The notes beneath the pieces were generated by a model. The model did no database searches and had not been told where the DNA came from. It saw only the letters and a program-made list of their open reading frames with translations. This document shows, piece after piece, positions 9,025 through 18,604 of a stretch of 64,000 nt of DNA. Source of the DNA: an uncultured Gemmatimonadales bacterium (GTDB lineage Bacteria; Gemmatimonadota; Gemmatimonadetes; Longimicrobiales; RSA9). The stretch's first letter is position 1; each line of letters opens with the position of its first letter. The stretch covers positions 5,216,001-5,280,000 of the forward strand of contig OY970192.1 in assembly GCA_963708135.1 (NCBI GenBank), given 5' to 3'. The translations under genes and the position numbers were made by a program.

Positions 9025-10623
9025 ATGCGCAAGCTCCACAAAGCCGCCCTCGCGGCCGTTCTCGTCCTGACCTTCGTGGCCGGCGGCTTCGTGTTCCCGT
9101 CTGCGCGCGATGTGGCCGGGCCACAGCTCTTCAAGCAGGTGTTCAACCTGGTCTCGAACCGCTACGTGGACAGCCTGGACACCTCGGCCATCTACGAGAA
9201 GGCGGCGCGCGGGCTCGTGGACGAGCTCAAGGACCCCTACGCCGCCCTCTACGACCCGGACCAGCTCAAGGAGTTCGCCACGATGACGGAGGGGCACTAT
9301 GCCGGCGTCGGCATGCTGGTCGAGGACCAGCAGGGCACCGTCGTGGTGAGCCGGGTCTTCCCGCACACGCCCGCCGAGGAGGCGGGGATCCTGCAGGGCG
9401 ACCGCATCGTGGGCGTGGACGGGAAGTCCACGGCCGGCTGGTCGCTTACCAGAGTGACGAACAACCTCAAGGGCGCCCCGGGCTCGAAGGTCTCCGCCAG
9501 CTTCTCGCGCCCCGGCGTGGAAACGCCGATCGTCGCCCACTTCACGCGCGCCATCATCCACATCCCGGCCGTGCCGTACGCCACCCTCGTCAGCGGCGAC
9601 ATCGGCTACATCCCGATCCTGCAGATCAACGAGACGGCCGCGCAGGAGACGCGTGACGCGGTCGAGAAGCTCGAGAGCGAGGGCGCGAAGTCGATCATCC
9701 TCGACATGCGCGGCAACGGCGGCGGCATCGTCACGCAGGCGATCGACATCGCCAACCTGTTCCTGCCGCAGGGCTCGCTCGTGGCCACGCAGAAGGAGCG
9801 CGGCGGCGACGACATGGACTACACAGCCGACCGGCCGCCGGTCGCGCTGGCGCTGCCGCTCGTCGTGCTGCAGGACGGGCAGTCCGCCTCGGCCACGGAG
9901 ATCATCACGGGCGCGCTGCAGGACCACGACCGGGCGCTCGTCGTCGGCACGCGCTCCTTCGGCAAGGGCCTCGTCCAGAGCGTCTATCAGCTCGACGGCG
10001 GCTACGCGCTCAAGATGACCACGGGCAAGTGGTATACGCCGAGCGGACGGACCATCCACCGCGACCGCAAGCTCGTCAACGGCCATCTCGTGCTCGAGGA
10101 CACCATGAGCGCGGACTCGGCCGGCGCGGACGACCAGAGCACCGAGGGGCGCCCCGTCTACCACTCCGATGACGGCCGCGTCCTCTACGGCGGCGGCGGC
10201 ATCACGCCGGATGTCGTCGTGAAGCCCGACACGCTGAGCGGCGCCGAGCAGAAGCTGGTCAAGGAGATGATCCCGCACTCGCAGGACGTCTACCTCACGC
10301 TCTACAAGTACGCCTTCCAGCTCAAGTCGCAGGTGAAGCCCGGCTTCAGCGTGGGCCCCCAGTGGCGCGAGGAGTTCTACCGTCGCCTCGACGCCGCCGG
10401 CGTCAAGCTCGACCGCGGCGACTACGACGCCGCGCACGACTACGTCGATCGCATCCTCGAGGACAAGGTTGCCACGCTGGCCTTCGGCGATGCCGTCGCC
10501 AAGCGGCAGGAGCTCGACGAGGACGCCCAGCTCGACAAGGCCGTCCAGCTGCTCCGCCAGGCGACGACGCAGAAGGCGCTCTTCGCCTCCGCTTCCGCCG
10601 CCCATCCGGGCACCCGCAACTGA
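9025..10623 (+). CDS. ctpA: S41 family C-terminal processing peptidase (PDZ + peptidase)
   Basis: LKDPY, GVGM PDZ loop, LDMRGNGGG, SASATEI, SFGKGLVQ, GGGITPD. Confidence 0.9.
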   Translation: MRKLHKAALAAVLVLTFVAGGFVFPSARDVAGPQLFKQVFNLVSNRYVDSLDTSAIYEKAARGLVDELKDPYAALYDPDQLKEFATMTEGHYAGVGMLVEDQQGTVVVSRVFPHTPAEEAGILQGDRIVGVDGKSTAGWSLTRVTNNLKGAPGSKVSASFSRPGVETPIVAHFTRAIIHIPAVPYATLVSGDIGYIPILQINETAAQETRDAVEKLESEGAKSIILDMRGNGGGIVTQAIDIANLFLPQGSLVATQKERGGDDMDYTADRPPVALALPLVVLQDGQSASATEIITGALQDHDRALVVGTRSFGKGLVQSVYQLDGGYALKMTTGKWYTPSGRTIHRDRKLVNGHLVLEDTMSADSAGADDQSTEGRPVYHSDDGRVLYGGGGITPDVVVKPDTLSGAEQKLVKEMIPHSQDVYLTLYKYAFQLKSQVKPGFSVGPQWREEFYRRLDAAGVKLDRGDYDAAHDYVDRILEDKVATLAFGDAVAKRQELDEDAQLDKAVQLLRQATTQKALFASASAAHPGTRN

Positions 10624-10642
10624 CCGGCACCGCCGGCGCGCC

Positions 10643-11761
10643 GTGATCGATCCGGACATCCGGCGCGCCGGCACGCTCCCCGGCCGGCTCTACCACGAGC
10701 GGGCCGCCTACCACGCCCAGATCGAGCGCGTCTTCACCCGCACCTGGCAGCGCGTGCCCGATGCCGCGCGGGTGCGCGCGCCGGGCCACGTGCTCCCCTT
10801 CACGCTGCTCCCCGGCTCGCTCGACGAGCCGCTGCTCCTCAGCCGCGACGACGCCGGCACGCTGCGCTGCCTCTCCAACGTCTGCACGCACCGCGGCACC
10901 CTCGTGGTCGAGGGAGAGGGACACGCGCGCGGACTGCGCTGCCGCTACCATGGGCGGAAGTTCGGCCTCGACGGCTGCTTCCTCTCCATGCCGGAGTTCG
11001 ACGGCGTCGAGAACTTCCCTAGCCCCGCGGACGATCTGCCCCGCCTCCCGCTGGAGCACTGGGGCCCCCTGGCCTTCACGGCCATCGACCCCGCCTTCTC
11101 CTTCGAGGCCTGGATCGGCCCCGTGCGTGCCCGCACCGACTGGCTGCCGCTCGAGCGCCTGGCCTTCGAGGCCGCCAGCTCGCGCGACTACGTCATCGAC
11201 GCGCACTGGGCCCTCTACTGCGACAACTACCTCGAGGAGTTCCACATCCCCTACGTCCATGCCGCCAGCCTCGGCGGGACGCTCGACTACGGCGCCTATC
11301 GCACCGAGCTCTTCGACTTCTGCAACCTCCAGATCGGCGTCGCCGGCGCGGCCGAGGACGCCTTCGAGCTGCCCGCCGACCACCCGGACGCCGGGCAGCG
11401 CATCGCCGCCTGGTACTTCTGGCTGTTCCCCAACCTCATGCTCAACTTCTACCCCTGGGGCCTCTCCGTGAACGTCCTGCAGCCCCTCGGCCCCGAGCGC
11501 ACCCGCGTCTCCTTCCTCACCTACCTGCTCGACCCCGACGCCCGCCGCGCCGGCGCCGGCGCCGGTGGCGACCTCCACCGCGTCGAGATGGAGGACGAGG
11601 AGGTCGTCGAGTCCGTACAGCGCGGCGTCCGCTCCCGCCTCTACGACCGCGGCCGCTACTCCCCCCGCCGCGAGCGCGGGACCCACCATTTCCACCGCCT
11701 GCTCATGGACTTCCTGGGAGAGAACGACGCGCCGGAGCCGCTCCGCCCGCGTGGCGCCTGA
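10643..11761 (+). CDS. Rieske non-heme iron oxygenase alpha subunit (choline monooxygenase-like)
   Basis: CTHRG...CRYHG Rieske motif; DNYLEEFHIPYVH mononuclear iron motif. Confidence 0.9.
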   Translation: MIDPDIRRAGTLPGRLYHERAAYHAQIERVFTRTWQRVPDAARVRAPGHVLPFTLLPGSLDEPLLLSRDDAGTLRCLSNVCTHRGTLVVEGEGHARGLRCRYHGRKFGLDGCFLSMPEFDGVENFPSPADDLPRLPLEHWGPLAFTAIDPAFSFEAWIGPVRARTDWLPLERLAFEAASSRDYVIDAHWALYCDNYLEEFHIPYVHAASLGGTLDYGAYRTELFDFCNLQIGVAGAAEDAFELPADHPDAGQRIAAWYFWLFPNLMLNFYPWGLSVNVLQPLGPERTRVSFLTYLLDPDARRAGAGAGGDLHRVEMEDEEVVESVQRGVRSRLYDRGRYSPRRERGTHHFHRLLMDFLGENDAPEPLRPRGA

Positions 11762-11995
11762 CTCCCGCCGGGCGCGCTGTTCGAGCGGCGGGCGGATGCG
11801 GGGCTGACGCAGGCGGAGGTGGCGGCGCGGCTCGGCTCTACGCAACCGCGCGTCTCGCGGATGGAATCGTGTGCGCGCGATGTGACGATCGACCAGCTGC
11901 TGCGCGGGCTGTTTGCGCTCGGCCCCACGCTGGACGAGCTGGCCGCGCCGCTCCCGCGCGCAGCTCGGCTTGTGCGCGAGCGGCCGTGGCCCTAA
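11762..11995 (+). pseudogene. XRE-family helix-turn-helix coding segment without a canonical start (possible CTG at 11777)
   Basis: LFERRADAGLTQAEVAARLGSTQPRVSRMES...TIDQLLRGL; same frame as the Rieske gene, directly after its TGA. Confidence 0.6.
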
Positions 11996-12082
11996 TCCTG
12001 AGTCGGGGGGCGCCCGGAACCCGGCCACCCAGGGTCGGCGGACTGGCCGCCGAGCCGTGAACCGAACCCGAGAGAGAGCCGA

Positions 12083-14176
12083 ATGCCGATGCCGCCCGCC
12101 CGCCGTTCCGCCGCGTTCCTCGTCTGCGCGGCGGCGCTCGCGTTCGGGGCCGCGCTCGTGGCCTCTGGCTGCTACCGCCGCCTGGTGGTCTCACCGAACG
12201 ACGCGGCCACGGTGCTCGCGCACCAGACGCTGGAGGCGCCGGATCCCGCGCTTCCGGGGTCATACGCGGTCCGGTCGCTCTACTACGGGAGCGGGACGGA
12301 CCGGAGGCGGGCGGTGTACCGGGACTCGGTCACGCTCCGGACGGGGACGGTGGATGCGTCGCCTTTCGTGGATCTCGGGAAATCGGCGAAGGAGCGGAAC
12401 GGCTACTGGGGCTTCACGCCGAAAGCGTTCCCGCTGAACGGGCGGGTCTGGTACCCGGACGGGCCCGGGCCCTACCCGCTCGTGCTGATCGTGCACGGGA
12501 ACCACGACATGAAGGACTACTCGGACCCGGGCTACGCGTATCTGGGCGAGCTGCTGGCGAGCCGCGGCTTCATCCTCGCCTCCGTGGACGAGAACTTCCT
12601 GAACGGCAGCATCCGGGGCGAGAACGACGGGCGGGGCTGGATGCTGCTGAAGCATCTGGAGCTCTTCCGCGGCTGGGACGAGGCGGAGGGCAACCCGTTC
12701 TACCAGCGCGTGGACATGGACCGGATCGCGATCATGGGCCACTCGCGCGGCGGCGAGGCGGTGGCGCACGCGGCGTCGTTCAACCGGCTCTCGGCCTACC
12801 CGGACGACGCCAACGTCAAGTTCGACTTCCACTTCCACATCCGTTCCGTGGTGGCCATCGCGCCCGTGGACGGGCAGTACGACCCGGCCGGTGAGCCGGA
12901 GCCGGTGCGGGACGTGAACTATCTGGTCTTCCACGGCTCGCACGATGGCGACGTCTCGAGCTTCATGGGGCTGCGCCAGTACCACCGCGTGCGCTTCACG
13001 GACGGGCGGCCGCACTTCAAGGCGGCGGTCTATGTCTACCGCGCGAACCACGGCCAGTGGAACACGATCTGGGGCCCGCACGACAACGGCCCGCGCAGCG
13101 CCCGCATTCTCGACCTGCGCGGGCTGCTCCGGCCCGAGCAGCAGCGGCAGTTCGCGAAGGTCTACATCGGCGCGTTCCTCGAGGCGACGCTGCACGACGA
13201 CGCGCGCTACCTGCCGCTCTTCCGCGACCACCGCGTGGCCGGCCAGTGGCTGCCGAAGACCATGTACATCACGCGCTTCCAGGACGCGAGCTTCCGCCCC
13301 GTGGCCGATTTCGAGGAGGACGTGGATCCCGGCACGGGCAGCGTGCCGGGCGTTCGCATCGAGGGCGACTCGCTGTCCACGTGGAAGGAGGGCGACATCG
13401 CGCTCCGCTGGAAGAGCTCGCGCGGCGCCGGCCGCAACGCCACGCAGGACAACCAGGCCGTGTGGCTCGGCTGGAACGACCGCTACGCGGGCGCGGACAC
13501 GACCCGCCGCGGGCGGCCCGCGAGCTACACCATCGTGCTGCCGGACTCGCTCGCCGCGGCGTGGCGCCTGGACGCCGGCGCGCAGCTCCAGCTGCTGCTC
13601 GCGCCCACGGACGAGATGCCGGGCCCGCGCGCGCTGCCGAAGGCGCTGGCCGAGGCGGAGAAGGCGGCCGGGAAGGGAGGCGGGAAGGGTGGAGCCGCGA
13701 GGAAGCGGGGGAAGCGGGACCTCACGGATCTCCCGCCCATCGACCTCAGCGTCGAGCTGCTCGACGCGGACGGCGACTCCGCGCGCGTGCCGCTCGACCG
13801 CTACGGCGCGATCCGCCACCCGCTCGTCACGCACCCGGTCCGCCGCGGCGACATGGAGCGGGAGGAGTTCGCCCGCCCGTACGAGTACGTGCTCCAGACC
13901 TACACGGTCCCGCTCTCCGATTTCCGCCAGGCGACGTCGCCGCTCGACCTCGCCCGGCTCCGCCGCATCCGCCTGGTGTTCGACCGCGCGCCGGCGGGGA
14001 CGGTGATCCTGGACGGCGTCGGCTTCGCGCGGCTCGACCCGGCGTTCATGAAGGACCGGCTGCCTTCCGGGGCGACGTCTCCAGTCTCCGAAGCCACCCT
14101 CGACCCTTCCCACGCGACGGGGTCCGGCGTCACGGCCGCCAGCGCACCTCGAAGCGGTGGGCGGCCGCGCCGTTGA
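12083..14176 (+). CDS. Secreted/lipoprotein alpha/beta hydrolase with C-terminal beta-sandwich extension
   Basis: Lipobox-like LVASGC; VHGNH; GHSRGG nucleophile elbow; HGSHDGD; ANHGQWN. Confidence 0.8.
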   Translation: MPMPPARRSAAFLVCAAALAFGAALVASGCYRRLVVSPNDAATVLAHQTLEAPDPALPGSYAVRSLYYGSGTDRRRAVYRDSVTLRTGTVDASPFVDLGKSAKERNGYWGFTPKAFPLNGRVWYPDGPGPYPLVLIVHGNHDMKDYSDPGYAYLGELLASRGFILASVDENFLNGSIRGENDGRGWMLLKHLELFRGWDEAEGNPFYQRVDMDRIAIMGHSRGGEAVAHAASFNRLSAYPDDANVKFDFHFHIRSVVAIAPVDGQYDPAGEPEPVRDVNYLVFHGSHDGDVSSFMGLRQYHRVRFTDGRPHFKAAVYVYRANHGQWNTIWGPHDNGPRSARILDLRGLLRPEQQRQFAKVYIGAFLEATLHDDARYLPLFRDHRVAGQWLPKTMYITRFQDASFRPVADFEEDVDPGTGSVPGVRIEGDSLSTWKEGDIALRWKSSRGAGRNATQDNQAVWLGWNDRYAGADTTRRGRPASYTIVLPDSLAAAWRLDAGAQLQLLLAPTDEMPGPRALPKALAEAEKAAGKGGGKGGAARKRGKRDLTDLPPIDLSVELLDADGDSARVPLDRYGAIRHPLVTHPVRRGDMEREEFARPYEYVLQTYTVPLSDFRQATSPLDLARLRRIRLVFDRAPAGTVILDGVGFARLDPAFMKDRLPSGATSPVSEATLDPSHATGSGVTAASAPRSGGRPRR

Positions 14177-15215
14177 AGGACTCGTAGGCGTAGTCGAGGC
14201 CGATGGCGTCGCCCGTGAAGCCGGCGCCCAGGGTGAGGGGGCTGCCGCCGTAGTCCTCCACCCGGCGGGCGCCGGCGCGCAGGTAGAAGGTACGGCCGAC
14301 CACGGGCCAGTAGCCGAGCTCGATGCCGCCACCGGGGAGCAGCGTGCCGTCGCGGCTGCGGGCGAGCGCGGCGGCGGCGCGCAGGTCGAGGGGGCCGAGG
14401 GTCACGCTGCGGCGCGTCGCCAGCTGGAGCGAGACGCGGGTGGGCAGCGGCACCGGGACGCGGTCCACGCGCAGGTCGCGCCCGAAGTCGTGCAGCGCCA
14501 GCCCGATGGCGAGGATGCTCACGTCGGCCCCGAAGCCCACATCACCGGCCACGGTGGCGGAGTGGATGACGCCGCTGCGCTGCTCGACGAGCTTGGCGGC
14601 CACGCCCACCCGGAGCCCCCGGACCGGCCGTCCGTACCCCAGCGTCGCGACGTGCTCGGCGACGGGCAGCGCGCCCGTCGCGGTGAGGTCCCGCTCGCGC
14701 TCGCGGCGCAGGATCGGGCTCGCCGCCGCGGCGTAGTCGAGCGACTGGAGGCCGCCGGCGAGGGCGCCGCCCAGCCACGCCCCGCCGCCCGCCAGGGTGA
14801 GGAGCGTGCTCTCCCCGCCGAAGCGCTCCGCCCCGAGCGAAAAGCCGCGCAGGCCGTCGGCGTACGCCGGGTCGTAGAAGAGGCCAGCGGCGTCGGCGGA
14901 GCCGAGCAGGAAGGCATTGCCCATCCCGAGCGCGCGGGTGGAGGCGGGCAGCTCGAGCACGAGTGGCGTGCGGGGCGCACTCTGGGCGGCGAGTCGGCCG
15001 GCACCGCCGAGCGGCGCCGCGCCCGGTAGCGCGATGGCCAGCAGCGCGGCGGCCGCCAGGGCGACGGCCCGCGGCGCCCCGGCGGCGGGGCGCGCCCCGC
15101 GCGGGCGCCGCACGAACCGCTGGCGCCGGGGGATCGACTCGCGGCTCGCCGGCCGCCGTGCCGCGCGGGCCGGCCCTGCGGCGGTCGTGGCGTCGCTGCC
15201 CTGGGGTGCGCTCAT
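14130..15215 (-). CDS. PorV/PorQ-like outer-membrane beta-barrel protein
   Basis: PASTRALGMGNAF..DA.GLFYDPA motif; alternating beta strands; LDYAY near the C-terminus; start uncertain. Confidence 0.7.
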   Translation of the reverse strand: MSAPQGSDATTAAGPARAARRPASRESIPRRQRFVRRPRGARPAAGAPRAVALAAAALLAIALPGAAPLGGAGRLAAQSAPRTPLVLELPASTRALGMGNAFLLGSADAAGLFYDPAYADGLRGFSLGAERFGGESTLLTLAGGGAWLGGALAGGLQSLDYAAAASPILRRERERDLTATGALPVAEHVATLGYGRPVRGLRVGVAAKLVEQRSGVIHSATVAGDVGFGADVSILAIGLALHDFGRDLRVDRVPVPLPTRVSLQLATRRSVTLGPLDLRAAAALARSRDGTLLPGGGIELGYWPVVGRTFYLRAGARRVEDYGGSPLTLGAGFTGDAIGLDYAYESFNGAAAHRFEVRWRP

Positions 15216-15248
15216 CGGCTCTCCGTGTTCAGGCCGCCTCGGTCCGCC

Positions 15249-16160
15249 TCAGGCCGCGGCCGCGGCCGGCCGGCACACCTTGCAGGGGCGGAACCCGGCG
15301 CGCGCGGCGGCGCGGGCGTCCGCGAGCGGGACGCGGCTGGCGGGCGAGACCCGGCGGACGTGGCGACAGGTCGGATGGCAGTAGATCCCGGTGGTGCGGC
15401 AACCTACGTAGCGCGTCCCTTCGCGCGCCAGCGTCTCCATCTCGTCCACGGGCGCGCCCTCCGCCTCGAGGACGGCCCGCTTGGTGCCGGCCCCGCCGAG
15501 GGAGTACGCGCCGATCCCGCCCGAGGCGGGCACCACGCGGTGGCAGGGGACCAGGAGCGGCACGGGGTTGCGGGCCAGCGCCGTGCCCACGGCGCGGACC
15601 GCGCGGGGCCGCCCCGCCTCCCGCGCCACCCAGCCGTAGGGCCGTGCCTCGCCGGGGGGAATGCGGCGGATCGTCTCCAGCACCGTCCGCTGGAAGCCGC
15701 GTGCGGCCGCCAGGTCCACGGGCGCGTTCCGGTCCCCCCGCCCGGCCGCGGCGTCGGCCACGGCGCGCGCCAGCGCCGCCGGCACCTCCCGCGGCACCGG
15801 CGGGCGGCCGAGCCGGCCGGCGTACCAGGCGACGAACTCCGCCTCGGGCTCGAGCGCGGAGCGCACGGCGCGAATCCCCTTCGGCCCGAAGGCGACGCGC
15901 ATCGGGCCGAGCGCGGTCTCGACCACGCCCATGCCATCGGCCGCCTCGCGGAGCACGGCGCCCATGACTCCCGCGGGGGCGCTCCGCCGCAGCGCGGGCG
16001 CCGCCTCCGCCAGCGCGCCGGCGAGCGCCGCCACCCGCTCCCGCGCCGCCGCGCACGCCGTGCAGGAGCGCAGGTGCTCCAGAACCGCCTCCGCCTCGGC
16101 GGCGGCAAGCTCGCCGGCGTCCAGCGCCTCGAGCCGCGCTCTCACGCCCTCACAGCGCAT
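15249..16160 (-). CDS. Fusion: zf-HC2 anti-sigma zinc finger + methylated-DNA-protein-cysteine methyltransferase + Ada Zn-binding domain
   Basis: HLRSCTAC; RAVG..LARNPVPLLVPCHRV; TTGIYCHPTC...RPCKVC. Confidence 0.9.
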   Translation of the reverse strand: MRCEGVRARLEALDAGELAAAEAEAVLEHLRSCTACAAARERVAALAGALAEAAPALRRSAPAGVMGAVLREAADGMGVVETALGPMRVAFGPKGIRAVRSALEPEAEFVAWYAGRLGRPPVPREVPAALARAVADAAAGRGDRNAPVDLAAARGFQRTVLETIRRIPPGEARPYGWVAREAGRPRAVRAVGTALARNPVPLLVPCHRVVPASGGIGAYSLGGAGTKRAVLEAEGAPVDEMETLAREGTRYVGCRTTGIYCHPTCRHVRRVSPASRVPLADARAAARAGFRPCKVCRPAAAAA

Positions 16161-16761
16161 CGCTCACCTCCTCGTCCTCCAGGATCTCTCGCAGGCGGGC
16201 CAGTGCGCGGAACACCCTGCCGCGCGCCGCCGCCTCCGTGCCGCCGATCACCGCCGCGATCTCCGCGTAGGAGAGCTCCCCGAGGAAGCGCAGCGTGACC
16301 GCCTCGCGGCCGCCCTCGTCCAGCGCCGCGAGCGCGCGCTCGAGTGCCCGGTGCCGCTCGGCCACGAGGAGGCGGGCCTCCGCCGCGGGCGGGCGGGCGG
16401 CGGCCGCGTCGCCTGCGGCCGCCTCCAGCGGAACGAGCGCGGTCCGGTCGGCGCGCCCCGAGCGCAGCCGGTTCAGGCACAGGTTGCGCACGATGCGGAG
16501 CAGCCAGGGCCGGAGCGGGAGCGCCGCGCAGCGCGCCTCGTCGTACTGCGCGGTGAGGGCGCGGTGGGCGCGCACGAGTGCGTCCTGCACCACCTCCTGC
16601 CCGTCCGCCCGCCCGACCATCCGGCTGGCGTAGTCGAACAGGCGGTCCTGGTGCAGGGCGACGAGGCGCTCGAGCGCCCCCGGCTCTTCCCGGTGAACCG
16701 CCACCGCGAGCGCGCCGCGGCGCCGCTCGTCCCGTTTCTCAACTCTCATGGTCGGCATCAT
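16150..16761 (-). CDS. ECF RNA polymerase sigma factor
   Basis: EVVQDALVRA, PWLLRIVRNLCLN (region 2), LSYAEIA...AARGRVFRA (region 4); overlaps the start of the anti-sigma gene. Confidence 0.9.
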   Translation of the reverse strand: MMPTMRVEKRDERRRGALAVAVHREEPGALERLVALHQDRLFDYASRMVGRADGQEVVQDALVRAHRALTAQYDEARCAALPLRPWLLRIVRNLCLNRLRSGRADRTALVPLEAAAGDAAAARPPAAEARLLVAERHRALERALAALDEGGREAVTLRFLGELSYAEIAAVIGGTEAAARGRVFRALARLREILEDEEVSDAL

Positions 16762-16866
16762 TCCGGAGACACGCGCGGCGGCCGCCGCGTTCGCGCCGCC
16801 GGTACAATCTCTGCATTGTTCGGCCGCCACCGCAGCCCAGCCGCCCCGACGGCGCCGGAGCCGACC

Positions 16867-17685
16867 TTGATCATCGACTGCCACACGCACCTGAACCGCT
16901 ACAACGATGGCGAGCCGGCCGCGCTCGCGGACCGCTACGGCGCGCTGCGCGCCGAGATGGAGCGGAACGCCGTGGACTACGCGCTCGTGCTCTCGAGCTA
17001 CAAGGTCAACGGCGAGCGCCCCGGCGTGGACGAGATCCTGGACGTCGTGGACGACGATCCGCGCCTCGGCGTGGTGGCCGGCGTCAGCTACGAGCACTAC
17101 CGCGCCGCGGACCTGGCGCACCTGAGGATCCTGCTTAGGACGCGTCGCATCAAGGCGCTCAAGCTCTACCCCGGCTACGAGGCCTACTACATCCACGACC
17201 CCCGCATGCGCGTGGTGTACGAGCTGGCCGCCGAGTTCGGCGTCCCGGTCATGATCCACACGGGCGACACCTTCGACCCGAAGGGCAGGGTCAAGTACGC
17301 GCACCCGCTCGAGGTGGACGAGGTGGCCGTCAACTTCCGCGACGTCACCTTCGTCATCTGCCACCTCGGCAACCCGTGGATCACCGACGCCATGGAGGTC
17401 ATCTACAAGAACGAGAACGTCGTCGGCGACATCTCCGGCTTCACCCTCGGGCACTTCGAGGAGCGCTTCGAGCGCTACATGCTCCAGCAGGTCAACGAGG
17501 TCGTCGCCTTCGCCGGTGATCCCTCGAAGCTGCTGTACGGCACCGACTGGCCGATCTGCGACATGGGCGGCTACCTGCGCTTCGTGCGCCAGCTCGAGCT
17601 GCGCGAGGAAGAGATCGACATGATCCTGTGGAAGAACGCCGCCCGCATATTCCACATCGACACGGACGAGCTGGAGGCGCCGTGA
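16867..17685 (+). CDS. Amidohydrolase_2 family metallohydrolase
   Basis: IIDCHTH, LKLYP, IHTG, CHLGNP, YGTDWP; GGAG RBS + TTG start. Confidence 0.9.
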   Translation: MIIDCHTHLNRYNDGEPAALADRYGALRAEMERNAVDYALVLSSYKVNGERPGVDEILDVVDDDPRLGVVAGVSYEHYRAADLAHLRILLRTRRIKALKLYPGYEAYYIHDPRMRVVYELAAEFGVPVMIHTGDTFDPKGRVKYAHPLEVDEVAVNFRDVTFVICHLGNPWITDAMEVIYKNENVVGDISGFTLGHFEERFERYMLQQVNEVVAFAGDPSKLLYGTDWPICDMGGYLRFVRQLELREEEIDMILWKNAARIFHIDTDELEAP

Positions 17686-18473
17686 GCACCGACGCCGGGC
17701 GCCGCGCCCCGGGCGCCGCCGCCGCGCCGGACACGGGCCCGCCGCCGCGCCGCTCGGAGAATCTCGACGTGGCGCGCATCGTCGAGATCACCGACGAGCG
17801 CGGCCCCATTGCCGACGCCGCCCTCGGCCTCATCGAGGCCGCGTTCGAGCCGCCCGACCGCCAGCCCGTCTCCGAGCTGCGCTCCGAGGTGGCCGAGAAA
17901 CGGCTCCAGCTGCTCACCGCCTACGACTTCCACCTGCTCACCGCGCTCGACGCCGCCAGCCGCCCCATCGGCACCATCGCCGGCGTCTACCTGGCCGGCG
18001 TGAACGCCGGGTTCGTGACCTACCTCACCGTCCTCGAGGCGCACCGCGGCCGGCGCATCGCCCGGCAGCTGCGCCGGCGCCTGGTGGAGACGTTCCGCAC
18101 CAATGCCCGCCAGGCCGGCCACGAGGAGCTCAACTGGGTGCTGGGCGAGGTGCGCGCCGACAACTCGTGGCTGCGCGGGCTGGTGCGCCACCGCGGCGCG
18201 ATCCCCTTCGACCTCGGGTACTTCCATCCAGGCATGATCCCCGGCGTCCCCCACGACCGCTACGTCCTCTACCGCCAGCCCGTCGGCGACGCGCGCGTCG
18301 AGCTGCCCGCATCTCTCGTCCGCCGCATCCTGTTCGTCATCTACCGTCGCGCCTACCGCGTACGCTACCCCCTGGAGCGGGAGGCCTTCCGCGCCATGCT
18401 GGCGCAGCTCGAGGACCGCGAGATGGTGGGGATGCACCGGGAGTGGCGCCAGCGGCCGGGGGCCGGGCAATAG
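17682..18473 (+). CDS. GNAT-fold acetyltransferase-like protein
   Basis: YLTVLEAHRGRRIARQL acetyl-CoA motif A; GTGA overlap with the upstream gene. Confidence 0.7.
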   Translation: MSTDAGRRAPGAAAAPDTGPPPRRSENLDVARIVEITDERGPIADAALGLIEAAFEPPDRQPVSELRSEVAEKRLQLLTAYDFHLLTALDAASRPIGTIAGVYLAGVNAGFVTYLTVLEAHRGRRIARQLRRRLVETFRTNARQAGHEELNWVLGEVRADNSWLRGLVRHRGAIPFDLGYFHPGMIPGVPHDRYVLYRQPVGDARVELPASLVRRILFVIYRRAYRVRYPLEREAFRAMLAQLEDREMVGMHREWRQRPGAGQ

Positions 18474-18604
18474 GGGGTTCGGGGGAACAAATGCCGCTCG
18501 AGCGGTGGTACTCACTGCTGCACACCTAGATCTCCCGTCCGACAGCCCGGCCGCCGCAGCCCGCTCCGATCCACGCCCAAGCGAGGATATCGGTCATAGT
18601 CACC

